Positions 30,009 to 39,928 of a stretch of DNA of 46,075 bases are shown here, one piece after another (within the stretch, counting starts at the first letter, position 1; each line of letters starts with the position of its first letter). The DNA lies in contig CAZQLH010000005.1 of the NCBI GenBank assembly GCA_964594155.1, forward strand, positions 1 to 46,075, written 5' to 3'. Both the position numbers and the translations under genes were made by a program. The notes beneath the pieces are model-generated. The model ran no database searches, had not been told where the DNA came from, and saw only the letters and a list, made by a program, of their open reading frames with translations. Source of the DNA: an uncultured Candidatus Saccharibacteria bacterium (GTDB lineage Bacteria; Patescibacteriota; Minisyncoccia; Portnoybacterales; UBA2143).

Positions 30009-32507
30009 ATGTCTTTTTTAAACAAATTCTTAGGCGACGCTAATGAGCGTCAAATAAAAAACATTCAGCCAATAATAGACAAGATTAATCAGCTCGAACC
30101 AGAATTCGAGCGTTTTTCTGATGAGCAAATAAAAGAGAAAACAAAAGAGTTTAAGGAGCGATTAAATTCGTCAGCCAGACAAAAGGAAACATTAGATAGC
30201 TTGTTGCCAGAGGCATTTGCTTTGGTGCGGGAAGCAGCCAAGCGAACCCTTAATCAGCGTCACTTTGATGTTCAATTAATTGGCGGTGTTGTTTTGCATC
30301 AAGGCAAGATTACTGAAATGAAAACAGGCGAAGGTAAAACCTTGACTGCTACCCTAACTATTTATTTAAATGCTTTAAATGGCAAAGGCGTTCATGTTAT
30401 TACAGTTAATGATTATTTAGCTAGAAGAGACGTTAATTGGATGGGTCCGATTTATAATCTGTTAGGACTTTCTAGCGCTTGTTTAAATCATCAAAAATCA
30501 TATATCTTTAATTCTCAAGTAGAAATAGAAAACTTAAAAGAAATTCCCCGCAAAGAAGCTTATTTAGCTGATATTACTTATGGAACTAATAATGAATTTG
30601 GTTTTGATTATTTGCGTGATAATATGGCGCCTAATTTGGAAATGATGGTTCAGCGAGAGCCGTATTTTGCCATTATTGACGAGGTAGACAGTGTTTTGAT
30701 TGATGAAGCCAGAACCCCGTTAATTATTTCTATGCCTGATGCTGAATCAACTAAGATGTATCAGCAGTTCAGCCAGATTGTTCCACAGTTAAAAGAAAAT
30801 AATGATTACAATGTTGATGAAAAAGCCAGGGCTGTAACTTTAACTGAAGATGGCATTGCCAAAGTAGAAAAGATTTTAAGCATGGATAATATTTATGAAC
30901 AGGGAGGCATTCGTTATGTTCATCATTTGGAACAGGCATTGCGAGCCAGGGTTTTATTTAAAAAAGACAGCCATTATGTGGTCAAGGACGGACAAGTGAT
31001 TATTGTTGACGATTTTACCGGCCGGCTAATGCCCGGCCGCCGTTATTCTGATGGCTTGCACCAGGCCTTAGAAGCCAAGGAAAAAGTATCTGTTCAGCAG
31101 GAGAGCAGAACTTTAGCTTCAGTAACTTTTCAGAATTACTTTAGGATGTATCCTAAATTAGCCGGCATGACTGGCACAGCAGTTACTTCAGCTGAAGAAT
31201 TTCACAAGGTATATAATTTAGAAGTAGTTATAGTGCCGACTAATAAGAAGATGATCAGGCAGGATCTGCCAGATAGCGTTTATAAGACGGAAAATGGCAA
31301 GTTTCAGGCAATTGTCAGAGAAGTAAAAGAAAAACATGAAAAAGGCCAGCCAGTTTTAATTGGCACGGTTTCCATTGAGAAAAATGAATTGCTTTCATCT
31401 TATTTAAAAAAACAAGGTATTGCTCACCAAATCCTTAACGCTAAAAATCATGAACAAGAAGCAAAGATTATAGCTCAGGCCGGCCAAAAAGGAGCAGTGA
31501 CTGTGGCAACTAATATGGCTGGTCGCGGTGTTGATATTGTTTTAGGCGGAACAGTAGAGCTTGGGGGTCTTCATGTGATTGGCACAGAACGCCATGAAGC
31601 CAGAAGAATTGATGATCAATTGCGCGGACGATCTGGCCGTCAGGGAGATCCTGGCTCCAGTCAATTCTTTGTTTCTTTGGAAGATGATTTAATGCGTATT
31701 TTTGGGGGAGACCGGGTTAAATCAATGATGGATACATTAAAGGTTCCAGAAGATCAGCCAATTGAGAATAAATTGGTTTCCAAAGCAATTGAATCAGCCC
31801 AGGGAAAAATTGAAGGACATAATTTTGATATTAGAAATCATGTTTTGGAATATGATGATGTGATGAATAAGCAAAGAGAGACGATATATAGCAAGCGGAA
31901 AGAGATTTTAACTAAAAAAAATGTTAAATCAGAAGTATTAGAAATGATTGATAATGAAATTAAAAAGATTGTTAATTTTCATACTCAAAATGAGCCATGG
32001 AATTATAAAGAAATATCAGAGATTGCTAAAAGTATTTTTCAAGCGCCGGATGATTTAGAGCAAAAACTTAAAGAATTTAAAAATCAAGAACAAATATCTG
32101 ATTATTTAATTGAGTTAACTCAAGAGGCCTATCAGAAAAAAGAAAAAGAAGTGGAAAATGGAAATATGCGGAAAATAGAAAAATTTGTTCTTTTAAGAAG
32201 CGTTGATTCTCTTTGGATGGATCATTTAGATAGTATGGATCATTTAAGAGACAGTGTTCGCTTGCGCGCTTATGGCCAGAAAGATCCTTTAGTTGAATAC
32301 AAAAATGAGGGTATTAAAATGTTTCAGCGTTTATTAGATTCAATTCAATCAACTGTAGTTAATACGATTTATAAAGTGTCTTTAGCTCCAGCAGCGCAGC
32401 AAGGTGCTGTTAGAAGCCAGCCTGTTCGCGCTGGACAAAAAGTTGGCCGAAACGACCCTTGTCCTTGCGGTTCAAATAAAAAATATAAAAAATGCCATGG
32501 GAGATAA
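30009..32507 (+). CDS. secA: Preprotein translocase subunit SecA
   Basis: [52 protein letters not shown] motif [17 protein letters not shown]. Confidence 0.98.
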   Translation: MSFLNKFLGDANERQIKNIQPIIDKINQLEPEFERFSDEQIKEKTKEFKERLNSSARQKETLDSLLPEAFALVREAAKRTLNQRHFDVQLIGGVVLHQGKITEMKTGEGKTLTATLTIYLNALNGKGVHVITVNDYLARRDVNWMGPIYNLLGLSSACLNHQKSYIFNSQVEIENLKEIPRKEAYLADITYGTNNEFGFDYLRDNMAPNLEMMVQREPYFAIIDEVDSVLIDEARTPLIISMPDAESTKMYQQFSQIVPQLKENNDYNVDEKARAVTLTEDGIAKVEKILSMDNIYEQGGIRYVHHLEQALRARVLFKKDSHYVVKDGQVIIVDDFTGRLMPGRRYSDGLHQALEAKEKVSVQQESRTLASVTFQNYFRMYPKLAGMTGTAVTSAEEFHKVYNLEVVIVPTNKKMIRQDLPDSVYKTENGKFQAIVREVKEKHEKGQPVLIGTVSIEKNELLSSYLKKQGIAHQILNAKNHEQEAKIIAQAGQKGAVTVATNMAGRGVDIVLGGTVELGGLHVIGTERHEARRIDDQLRGRSGRQGDPGSSQFFVSLEDDLMRIFGGDRVKSMMDTLKVPEDQPIENKLVSKAIESAQGKIEGHNFDIRNHVLEYDDVMNKQRETIYSKRKEILTKKNVKSEVLEMIDNEIKKIVNFHTQNEPWNYKEISEIAKSIFQAPDDLEQKLKEFKNQEQISDYLIELTQEAYQKKEKEVENGNMRKIEKFVLLRSVDSLWMDHLDSMDHLRDSVRLRAYGQKDPLVEYKNEGIKMFQRLLDSIQSTVVNTIYKVSLAPAAQQGAVRSQPVRAGQKVGRNDPCPCGSNKKYKKCHGR

Positions 32508-32958
32508 ATCAAAATTTAAGATTTTAACTTATCAAAATTATTTATCAATGATTAAAGACAGCAAAGGCAGTAAAATGTTCAGGCGTTTTTATGTTTTGAA
32601 TAATAATAAAAAAAGAGACATTCTTAAAAATGGGCAGCTTTCCTGCGCTCGATATGTTTCTTCAATTTTAAAGCTATTTGACTTAATTTCTGAAACTCAT
32701 GCAACTGTTAATGGGACAATAAAAGATATGTTAAATAATAATTGGAAAACAACTAAAAAATTAGTTCCAGGCAATATTTTGCTTTGGGAAGAACAAATTC
32801 AATCTAATGGAAAAGCTCATCAGCATATTGGATTTTATTTAGGTAAAGACAAGGCAATTAGTAATTCTTCTAAAAAAGGCGTTCCAGTAATTCGACATTT
32901 AACTTATAGAAATAAAAGAAAAGTTATTAAAATTTTTACTCATCAGATAATTAAATAA
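32497..32958 (+). CDS. Hypothetical protein, NlpC/P60-like (Cys-His) fold
   Basis: [27 protein letters not shown]; ATG at 32497 overlapping the secA end preferred over 32404. Confidence 0.6.
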   Translation: MGDKSKFKILTYQNYLSMIKDSKGSKMFRRFYVLNNNKKRDILKNGQLSCARYVSSILKLFDLISETHATVNGTIKDMLNNNWKTTKKLVPGNILLWEEQIQSNGKAHQHIGFYLGKDKAISNSSKKGVPVIRHLTYRNKRKVIKIFTHQIIK

Positions 32959-32960
32959 GT

Positions 32961-33308
32961 ATGTTTTTTAAGGAGCCGGAAAACACCAAAGAGATTTATT
33001 GGACTCGGCATGTTAAAGAAAAGATGCGCTATTATGGTTTGAGCGAAAGTCGATTAAAAAGGATTTTAAGAAATCCAAAAAGAAAAGAAATAGGCATTGT
33101 TCCGAAAACAATCGCTTTGATGCAGACAGCTAACACTAAAAAACCAACTGAAATTTGGTTAATGTATCAGCAAGTTGGAAAGAAAAAGAAAATGATTTCT
33201 GCTTGGCGTTATCCAGGCATTAGCCCAAAAGGCGAACCAATTCCAATTCCAGAAGATATTATTAAAGAATTACAGTCTTTACATAATATGAGGAATAAGG
33301 TAAATTAA
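32961..33308 (+). CDS. Hypothetical protein, DUF4258/RelE-BrnT-like
   Basis: WTRHVKEKM..YGLS..ILRNP..IWLMY..MISAW pattern. Confidence 0.5.
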   Translation: MFFKEPENTKEIYWTRHVKEKMRYYGLSESRLKRILRNPKRKEIGIVPKTIALMQTANTKKPTEIWLMYQQVGKKKKMISAWRYPGISPKGEPIPIPEDIIKELQSLHNMRNKVN

Positions 33309-33312
33309 ATTT

Positions 33313-34764
33313 ATGGGGATTTTTACCAAAAAAATAAAGACATCTGTTAAAGATAGAAGAAAGAGAAAAAGCAGCAAGCCCAATTGGGCTGTTTTTGCTA
33401 TTATTATAATCGCTTGTTTAGCTGTTTTTTTAGACGCGCCAGTTGTTTGGGACAAAAGCGCTGATTGGATTAATCAAAAAACAAATTTAGAATTATTGCC
33501 TAATTTCTATAACCGTGATTTTAAATTGGGTCTTGATTTGCAAGGCGGCACCCACTTGGTTTATCAAGCGGACTTATCTAATATTAACCCAGAAGATTAC
33601 GCAGATTCAATGCAAGGAGTGCGTGATGTGATTGAGCGAAGAATTAATCTTTTTGGAGTGGCAGAGCCAGTGGTTCAGGTTAATAAGGTTGGACAGCATT
33701 ACCGTTTAATTGTTGAATTGGCTGGAGTTAAAAATCCATCTCAAGCTATTGAAATGATTGGCCAGACGCCTTCTTTGGATTTTCGGGAAGAAAGAGATTC
33801 AGCAGAAGCAGAAAGTATTTCAGCTGATCAAAAAGAAAGCTTGGAAAAATTAAAACAGGGAATAACTCTTACTCCAGCAGAAGAAAGACAACTTCAAGAA
33901 GACCCTTACTTTTCACCAACCCGCTTAACTGGACGTTATCTTAAAAGAGCGCAGCTTCAATTTGATCAGCAAACCTATCAAGCGCAAGTGAGTTTGGAAT
34001 TTGACGACCAAGGAAGCATTATGTTTGAAAATTTAACTAAAAATAATGTTGGAAAAAGAATAGCTATTTATTTAGATGGAGCAGGAATTAGCGCGCCAGT
34101 GGTTCAAGAAGCTATTTCAGGCGGCAAAGCTCAGATTTCAGGAAATTTTACTTTAGATGAAGCCAAAGAATTAGTTCAGCGTTTGAATGCCGGGGCTTTG
34201 CCAGTTCCAATTAATTTAATTAATCAGCAGACAATTGGCGCCAGCTTAGGAAGCATTTCTTTAGAAAAATCCTTAAAAGCAGGTCTTTTTGGATTTTTAA
34301 TTGTTTTGCTTTTTATTGTTTTTTATTACCGTTTGCCCGGCTTAATAGCTAGTTTAGCTTTGTTAATTTATGTGGTTTTGGTTTTAGCTATTTTTAAATT
34401 AATTCCAGTTACTTTGACTTTATCTGGTATTGCTGGATTTATTTTATCCATTGGCATGGCAGTTGACGCAAATGTTCTCATTTTTGAACGTTTTAAAGAA
34501 GAATTAAAAGAAGGCAAAAGTTTAAGCGGAAGCATTGATGAAGGGTTTCATCGGGCTTGGCCAGCTATTCGAGACGGCAATATTTCAACTATAATTACCT
34601 GTTTAATCTTATTTATCTTTGCCACTGGCTTAGTTAAAGGATTTGCTTTAACATTAGGTATTGGCGTTTTAATGAGCATGTTTAGCGCCATTGTGGTAAC
34701 TAAAAGTTTTTTAAAGTGGTTTGTTCACGGTCGATTAGAAAAAAGACAATGGCTTTGGGGATAA
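33313..34764 (+). CDS. secD: Protein translocase subunit SecD
   Basis: LGLDLQGG, ERRIN.FGVAEP, AGALPVP, IGMAVDANVLIFER, VKGFA. Confidence 0.97.
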   Translation: MGIFTKKIKTSVKDRRKRKSSKPNWAVFAIIIIACLAVFLDAPVVWDKSADWINQKTNLELLPNFYNRDFKLGLDLQGGTHLVYQADLSNINPEDYADSMQGVRDVIERRINLFGVAEPVVQVNKVGQHYRLIVELAGVKNPSQAIEMIGQTPSLDFREERDSAEAESISADQKESLEKLKQGITLTPAEERQLQEDPYFSPTRLTGRYLKRAQLQFDQQTYQAQVSLEFDDQGSIMFENLTKNNVGKRIAIYLDGAGISAPVVQEAISGGKAQISGNFTLDEAKELVQRLNAGALPVPINLINQQTIGASLGSISLEKSLKAGLFGFLIVLLFIVFYYRLPGLIASLALLIYVVLVLAIFKLIPVTLTLSGIAGFILSIGMAVDANVLIFERFKEELKEGKSLSGSIDEGFHRAWPAIRDGNISTIITCLILFIFATGLVKGFALTLGIGVLMSMFSAIVVTKSFLKWFVHGRLEKRQWLWG

Positions 34765-34783
34765 ATTCAAGGCTTTGAATTTA
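34762..34783. repeat. 9-bp perfect inverted repeat filling the secD-secF spacer
   Basis: TAAATTCAA-GGCT-TTGAATTTA. Confidence 0.8.
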
Positions 34784-34784
34784 C

Positions 34785-35666
34785 ATGCAGATTATTAAAC
34801 ATCGTAAAATTTATTTCTCTATCTCTTTAATCCTGTTTTTAGGCAGCTTGTTAAGCTTGCTGGTTTTTGGATTAAAATTAGGCATTGATTTTACAGGCGG
34901 TTCTTTAATGGAAATAGAGTTTTTACAAGAACGTTTATCTAATCAAGAAATCCAGGAAAAACTTAAGGATCTTGAATTAGGCCAGATTCATCTTCAGCCA
35001 ACCGGTCAAAAAGGATTAATTTTAAAATTAAAAGATATTGACGAAGAAACTCATCAGAATATTTTAGGAAGAATTGGCCGAAATCAGATTAATGAAAAAA
35101 GATTTGAATCAATCGGTCCTTTAATCGGCCAGGAATTAAAGAAAAAGGCATTTTGGGCGATTGTCTTAGCTTTAGTTTTTATTATTATTTATATTGCCTG
35201 GGCTTTTCGAAAAGTTTCTCAGCCAGTGGCTTCTTGGCAATACGGCATGGTTGCTATTATAGCCTTGTTCCATGATATTTTTATTACTATTGGCTTTTTC
35301 TCTCTTTTCAGTCATTTTAGAATGATAGAAATTGGTTTGCCTTTTGTAGCTGCTTTTTTGACTATTTTGGGTTATTCGGTTAATAATAGCATTGTTATTT
35401 TTGACCGGGCTCGGGAAAATCTTTTAAGAACTAATTGGACTGATTTTATGGAAGTAATGAACAAGAGCGTTAATCAAAGCTTGACTCGCTGTTTAAATAC
35501 AGCTGTTACAACTTTATTTGTTCTTTTGGCAATATTTTTCTTAGGCGGCCAAAGCATTAAGTATTTTTCTTTGGCTTTAATAATCGGAATAATTATCGGC
35601 ACATATTCTTCAATTTTTATCACTAGTTCTTTAATTGTTGCTTGGCAGGAGAGAAAATACAGATAA
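34785..35666 (+). CDS. secF: Protein translocase subunit SecF
   Basis: LGIDFTGG, IGP.IG.EL, ALFHD, GYSVN..IVIFDR.RE, GTYSSIF. Confidence 0.97.
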   Translation: MQIIKHRKIYFSISLILFLGSLLSLLVFGLKLGIDFTGGSLMEIEFLQERLSNQEIQEKLKDLELGQIHLQPTGQKGLILKLKDIDEETHQNILGRIGRNQINEKRFESIGPLIGQELKKKAFWAIVLALVFIIIYIAWAFRKVSQPVASWQYGMVAIIALFHDIFITIGFFSLFSHFRMIEIGLPFVAAFLTILGYSVNNSIVIFDRARENLLRTNWTDFMEVMNKSVNQSLTRCLNTAVTTLFVLLAIFFLGGQSIKYFSLALIIGIIIGTYSSIFITSSLIVAWQERKYR

Positions 35667-35669
35667 AGG

Positions 35670-35698
35670 TTGACGTATATATATTAGTGTGTTAAGCT
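35670..35698 (+). promoter_or_regulatory. Sigma70-type promoter (near-leaderless)
   Basis: TTGACG-17 nt-TAAGCT with extended TG; 9 nt to the ATG at 35708. Confidence 0.65.
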
Positions 35699-35707
35699 CA
35701 TATTGTT

Positions 35708-36730
35708 ATGAATAAAATTTCAAAATACGAGAAATTAATTCATCAAGTCCTTAAAAATATTTCTAACCAACGGACAAGAGATATTGTTCATCTTCGTTTT
35801 GGCCTTAAAGACGGCCAAAGAAAAACTCTTGAAGCAATTGGCCAGAAATATGGGATTACTAGGGAGCGGGTTCGTCAAATAGAGGAAGCCGCTTTTTCTG
35901 ATTTACGGAAGCCGGTTTTAATTAATATTCTTAAGCCGTGTTTTTATTCAATTGATAACTTTTTAAATAAACAAGGAAGAATTGTTAAAGAAGATAGATT
36001 ACTGTCTTCTTTAGCTAAAACTGATTCTCTTTGTCCGGCTAAAGGAGCTATTTTCCTTATTCTAACCTTAGGCGAGCCATATAAGCGTTTTGTTGAATCA
36101 GATAAATTTCATGCTCTTTGGACTAATTCTCAAGAAGCTTTAGATCAAGCAGATAAATTAATTAATCAATTGGTTAAGAAATTAGAAAAAGACAGAAAGC
36201 CTGCTTCTTTTGATTATGTTTTAAGTTTTTTTAAAGATAATTTGCCAAAAAAGGCCTTATGTTCTTATCTTGATGTTACTAAGCAAATTGATCAAAACAG
36301 CTTTGGGCAATTTGGCTTGATTAAATGGGCTGAAATAAATCCTCGGGGCGCCAAAGATAAAGCATACCTTGTTTTAAAAAAACAAGAAAAACCGCTGCAT
36401 TTTAGAGAAGTAGCTGATTTAATTAATCAAGCTGGTTTAGGTCCTAATTTAGCTCAAGCTCAAACAGTTCATAATGAATTAATTAAAGATGGTCGTTTTG
36501 TTTTAGTTGGGCGGGGAACTTACGCTTTGAGAGAATGGGGTTTTCAACCAGGCACTGTTAAAGATGCTATTGCTCAAGCATTAAAGGGAAATGATTCTTT
36601 GTCTAAAGATGAAATATTAGATCAGGTTTTAAAGACTCGCTTGGTTAAAAAGAATACTGTGCTTATCAATCTTCAAAACAAAAAACATTTTGTTAAAAAC
36701 AAAGATGGCCAATATAGGTTGGTTAGATAA
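35708..36730 (+). CDS. Sigma70 region-4 HTH plus C-terminal HARE-HTH (RNAP delta-like) protein
   Basis: RFGL..TLEAIG..GITRERVRQIE; PLHFREV..TVHNELI.D.RFVLVGRG.YAL.EW; no sigma region 2 seen. Confidence 0.8.
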   Translation: MNKISKYEKLIHQVLKNISNQRTRDIVHLRFGLKDGQRKTLEAIGQKYGITRERVRQIEEAAFSDLRKPVLINILKPCFYSIDNFLNKQGRIVKEDRLLSSLAKTDSLCPAKGAIFLILTLGEPYKRFVESDKFHALWTNSQEALDQADKLINQLVKKLEKDRKPASFDYVLSFFKDNLPKKALCSYLDVTKQIDQNSFGQFGLIKWAEINPRGAKDKAYLVLKKQEKPLHFREVADLINQAGLGPNLAQAQTVHNELIKDGRFVLVGRGTYALREWGFQPGTVKDAIAQALKGNDSLSKDEILDQVLKTRLVKKNTVLINLQNKKHFVKNKDGQYRLVR

Positions 36731-36762
36731 TAAGTTTAATTAAAAATTAATTCTGATACTTT

Positions 36763-38133
36763 ATGTCTCTTTTTTTAGAAATCCTTGCTACTATTTTTGC
36801 TGTTCTCTATGTTGTCTTGAGATTTCTAATATCTCTCTGGTGGATTTATATTCCTCTTTTTTTAGGCGCCTTAGCATGGAGTTTATGGATTAGATATATT
36901 AGAAATAAGTTTATTCAGGGCATAGAATGGGTTATTTTAGAAATAAAACCTCCTAAGGATATACAAAAGACAGCTAAAGCTATGGAACAGTTTTTTGCTG
37001 GATTGCATGGTATTGCAGGGACGCCTAATTGGTGGGGTATAAATATGAAGGGTATGTTTCAAAGATGGATTAGCTTGGAAATGATAAGTCAAGGCGGAGA
37101 AATTCATTTCCTTATCAAAGCTCCTTCAATGTATAGAGATTTAATTGAAGCTCATATTTACGCTCAATATCCTGAAACAGAAATCGTTTTAACTGATGAT
37201 TATGTTTATTCAGTTCCAAAAGACATATTTGAAGAAGATTACGATCTTTATGGAGCAGAATTAATGTTAACTAAAGAAGACGCTTATCCTATACGAACTT
37301 ATCTTGATTTTGATAAAGGAATTCTTGTAGATGAGCATCGCATTGATCCAGTAGCGTCTTTATTAGAAGCAATGAACAAATTAAAAGAAGGAGAACATAT
37401 TTGGATTCAGACATTGGTTAGGCCTATTGGAGATAAATGGAAAGAAGAAGGGGATAAGTTAAGAGATGAATTAGTTGGCCGGGCAAAAGAGAAAAAACAG
37501 GGCGAGATTGCCAAAGAAGTTTCTGCTTGGAAAGACGCTGGCAGGGATGTAGCTCGCGAAATAGTAACTGGCGAGGCAGTTGAAGGAGGCAGTGGCGGAG
37601 ATAGCAAAGAAGAAAAAAAATATCTTGATTTTATGACTAAGATTGAAAGGGGTATTATTACAGCTGTGGAAGAGAATGTGTCAAAGATTGGTTTTGAAAC
37701 TATTATTAGATATATCTATTTTGCTAAAAAAGATATATTTCAATCAACTAAGCCAACAGTGGTTGGTTCTTATAAGCAATTTAACACTCAACATCTTAAT
37801 GGGTTTAAGGAAAATAACGATACAAAACCAGGCATTGATTATTGGTGGGAATTTAAAAAAATAAGAAATGCTTATCGTAAAAGAAGGATTTTAGCTGATT
37901 ATAGGAAAAGAGATTTTGTTGAGCATTCAAAATATATTTCTTATCTTAAACCGCTTTTTTTTGAAAGAATGCCTATTGTTAATTGGTATTTTTTCAGAAG
38001 CAAGCCGTTTGTTTTGAATATAGAGGAATTAGCCAGTATTTATCATTTTCCAGCTATGGCAGTTAAAGCTCCATTAACGCCTAAGGTAGAAGCTAAAAAG
38101 AGCGAGCCGCCTATTGGTTTGCCTATAGAGTAG
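36763..38133 (+). CDS. Hypothetical protein with N-terminal membrane anchor (CPR-type, putative partner of the downstream ATPase)
   Basis: N-terminal TM region; LEIKPP, SLE, IYAQYP..EI, LNIEELASIYHFP. Confidence 0.7.
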   Translation: MSLFLEILATIFAVLYVVLRFLISLWWIYIPLFLGALAWSLWIRYIRNKFIQGIEWVILEIKPPKDIQKTAKAMEQFFAGLHGIAGTPNWWGINMKGMFQRWISLEMISQGGEIHFLIKAPSMYRDLIEAHIYAQYPETEIVLTDDYVYSVPKDIFEEDYDLYGAELMLTKEDAYPIRTYLDFDKGILVDEHRIDPVASLLEAMNKLKEGEHIWIQTLVRPIGDKWKEEGDKLRDELVGRAKEKKQGEIAKEVSAWKDAGRDVAREIVTGEAVEGGSGGDSKEEKKYLDFMTKIERGIITAVEENVSKIGFETIIRYIYFAKKDIFQSTKPTVVGSYKQFNTQHLNGFKENNDTKPGIDYWWEFKKIRNAYRKRRILADYRKRDFVEHSKYISYLKPLFFERMPIVNWYFFRSKPFVLNIEELASIYHFPAMAVKAPLTPKVEAKKSEPPIGLPIE

Positions 38134-38154
38134 TTTAAAAATAAATAATTATTT

Positions 38155-39849
38155 ATGAGCGATATTAATTTTTTTGCGAAAACTAATTTTCGCAATCAAC
38201 AACAAACTTTTGGAATAAAGACCCATGATCGGCGACAGCATATGTATGTTGTTGGAAAAACAGGAGTGGGTAAAACAGTTCTGTTGAGAAATTTGGCTAT
38301 GCAGGATATACAAGCAGGCCGGGGGATTTGTATTGTTGATCCTCATGGCGAGTTTGTTGAAGAGGTTGTGTCTAAAATTCCTTCGCATCGGATTAATGAT
38401 GTGGTCTATTTTAATCCAGCTGACACTGAATATCCAATTGGTTTTAATGTTTTACAAGTGCCTGATCAAAAGTATAAGCATTTGGTTGCTTCTGATTTAA
38501 TGGGCATTTTTACCAAGATCTGGGCTAATGTCTGGTCTGCGCGAATGGAATATATTTTAAATAATTGTATTTTAGCTTTGGTAGATACTCCAGGCACAAC
38601 TCTTTTAGGCGTTATTAGAATATTAGTTGATAAGGATTATCGACAAAAGATTATTGACAATGTTAAAGATCCAGTGGTTCGGTCTTTTTGGATTAATGAA
38701 TACGCTAGTTGGCGAGAGCAATTTAGAAATGAGGCTATTGCTCCAATCCAAAACAAAGTTGGACAATTTCTTTCAACTGCTTTGATTCGCAATATTGTTG
38801 GCCAGTCTAAAAGCACGATTAATATTTCAGAAATAATGAACAGTAATAAGATTCTTTTGGTTAATGTTTCCAAAGGAAGAATTGGCGAAGATAATTCAGC
38901 TCTTTTAGGAGCAATGTTGATTACCAAGATTCAATTAGCTGCTATGGAAAGAGTTAGGATTCCAGAAGATGAGCGGGAAGATTTCTATTTATACGTTGAT
39001 GAGTTTCAAAACTTTGCCACTGATTCATTTGCCGGTATTTTATCTGAAGCTAGAAAATATCGCCTTAATTTAATTATTGCTCATCAATATGTCGGCCAGT
39101 TAATAACTGAAACAACCACTAAGGTGAGAGATGCGGTCTTTGGCAATGTTGGAACCATGATTGCTTTTAGGGTTGGCGCTGCTGACGCTGAGTTTTTGGA
39201 AAAAGAATTTGCTCCGCAGTTTGGCATTCAAGATTTGGTTAATCTGGAAAATTATAATATTTATTTAAAATTAATGATTGATGGGCTTAATAACCGTTCT
39301 TTTTCAGCAACTACTTTGCCGCCAATGGAAATAGGCAAGGTAGACGAAGAACAAAGAAAGAAAATTATTAATGTTTCTAGAGAAAGATATGCTAATTCAT
39401 TAAAGGATGTTGAAGAGAAAATTACTCGTTGGAGTGGAATGTCTGTTGAAAGCGAAGGAGGAGAAAAAAAAGAAGTTAGTAAAGAAAAGTCATCTACTCC
39501 AAAACACAAGACTAATTGTTGGAGTTGCGGCAAAGATACAGAAGTTGTTTTTGAACCAGATGGCCGAAGACCTGTTTATTGTAAAGATTGTTTAGAGAAA
39601 TCAAGAAAAGGAGAAGAAACGCCACTTCGTTTTAAGCCTAAAACACAAAAAAGAAAAGAAGAAGTTGTAGAAAAACGAGAGGAATTAAGAGATTTAGGTA
39701 TAGAGTTTGAAGTTAAAAAACCTTCTTCATCTGTTTCTTTGGATGATGCTTTAAATAAAGAACCAGTTCCATTTAGAAAAAAAAGAAAACAAGTTGATCT
39801 TAATGAATTGAGAAGCGCTTTAGACGATGCAGTAAAGAAAGAAAAATAA
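38155..39849 (+). CDS. VirD4/TraD/HerA-like ring ATPase (soluble) with C-terminal CxxC-x17-CxxC zinc ribbon
   Basis: Walker A GKTGVGKT, DPHGE, Walker B LYVDEFQNF, SEARKY, AHQY, AVFGNVGT; CWSC-x17-CKDC at 39517-39591. Confidence 0.88.
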   Translation: MSDINFFAKTNFRNQQQTFGIKTHDRRQHMYVVGKTGVGKTVLLRNLAMQDIQAGRGICIVDPHGEFVEEVVSKIPSHRINDVVYFNPADTEYPIGFNVLQVPDQKYKHLVASDLMGIFTKIWANVWSARMEYILNNCILALVDTPGTTLLGVIRILVDKDYRQKIIDNVKDPVVRSFWINEYASWREQFRNEAIAPIQNKVGQFLSTALIRNIVGQSKSTINISEIMNSNKILLVNVSKGRIGEDNSALLGAMLITKIQLAAMERVRIPEDEREDFYLYVDEFQNFATDSFAGILSEARKYRLNLIIAHQYVGQLITETTTKVRDAVFGNVGTMIAFRVGAADAEFLEKEFAPQFGIQDLVNLENYNIYLKLMIDGLNNRSFSATTLPPMEIGKVDEEQRKKIINVSRERYANSLKDVEEKITRWSGMSVESEGGEKKEVSKEKSSTPKHKTNCWSCGKDTEVVFEPDGRRPVYCKDCLEKSRKGEETPLRFKPKTQKRKEEVVEKREELRDLGIEFEVKKPSSSVSLDDALNKEPVPFRKKRKQVDLNELRSALDDAVKKEK

Positions 39850-39860
39850 GAATCTTATAT

Positions 39861-39889
39861 TTGATAAAAGAATATTTTATAGGTACAAT
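39861..39889 (+). promoter_or_regulatory. Sigma70-type promoter of the Cys-rich paralog array
   Basis: TTGATA-17 nt-TACAAT. Confidence 0.7.
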
Positions 39890-39893
39890 AAAA

Positions 39894-39911
39894 ATGTAGT
39901 ATATGCTACAT
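39894..39911. promoter_or_regulatory. Inverted repeat at the predicted transcription start (operator or 5' hairpin)
   Basis: ATGTAG-TATATG-CTACAT. Confidence 0.5.
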
Positions 39912-39928
39912 CTTTATATTTTAAGAAC

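Noticed and set aside
35708-36730. A true sigma factor
   Set aside because: Only region 4 is recognisable; no region 2
38155-39849. Conjugative element or ICE
   Set aside because: No relaxase, integrase, VirB genes or att-like boundaries seen; flanked by housekeeping genes
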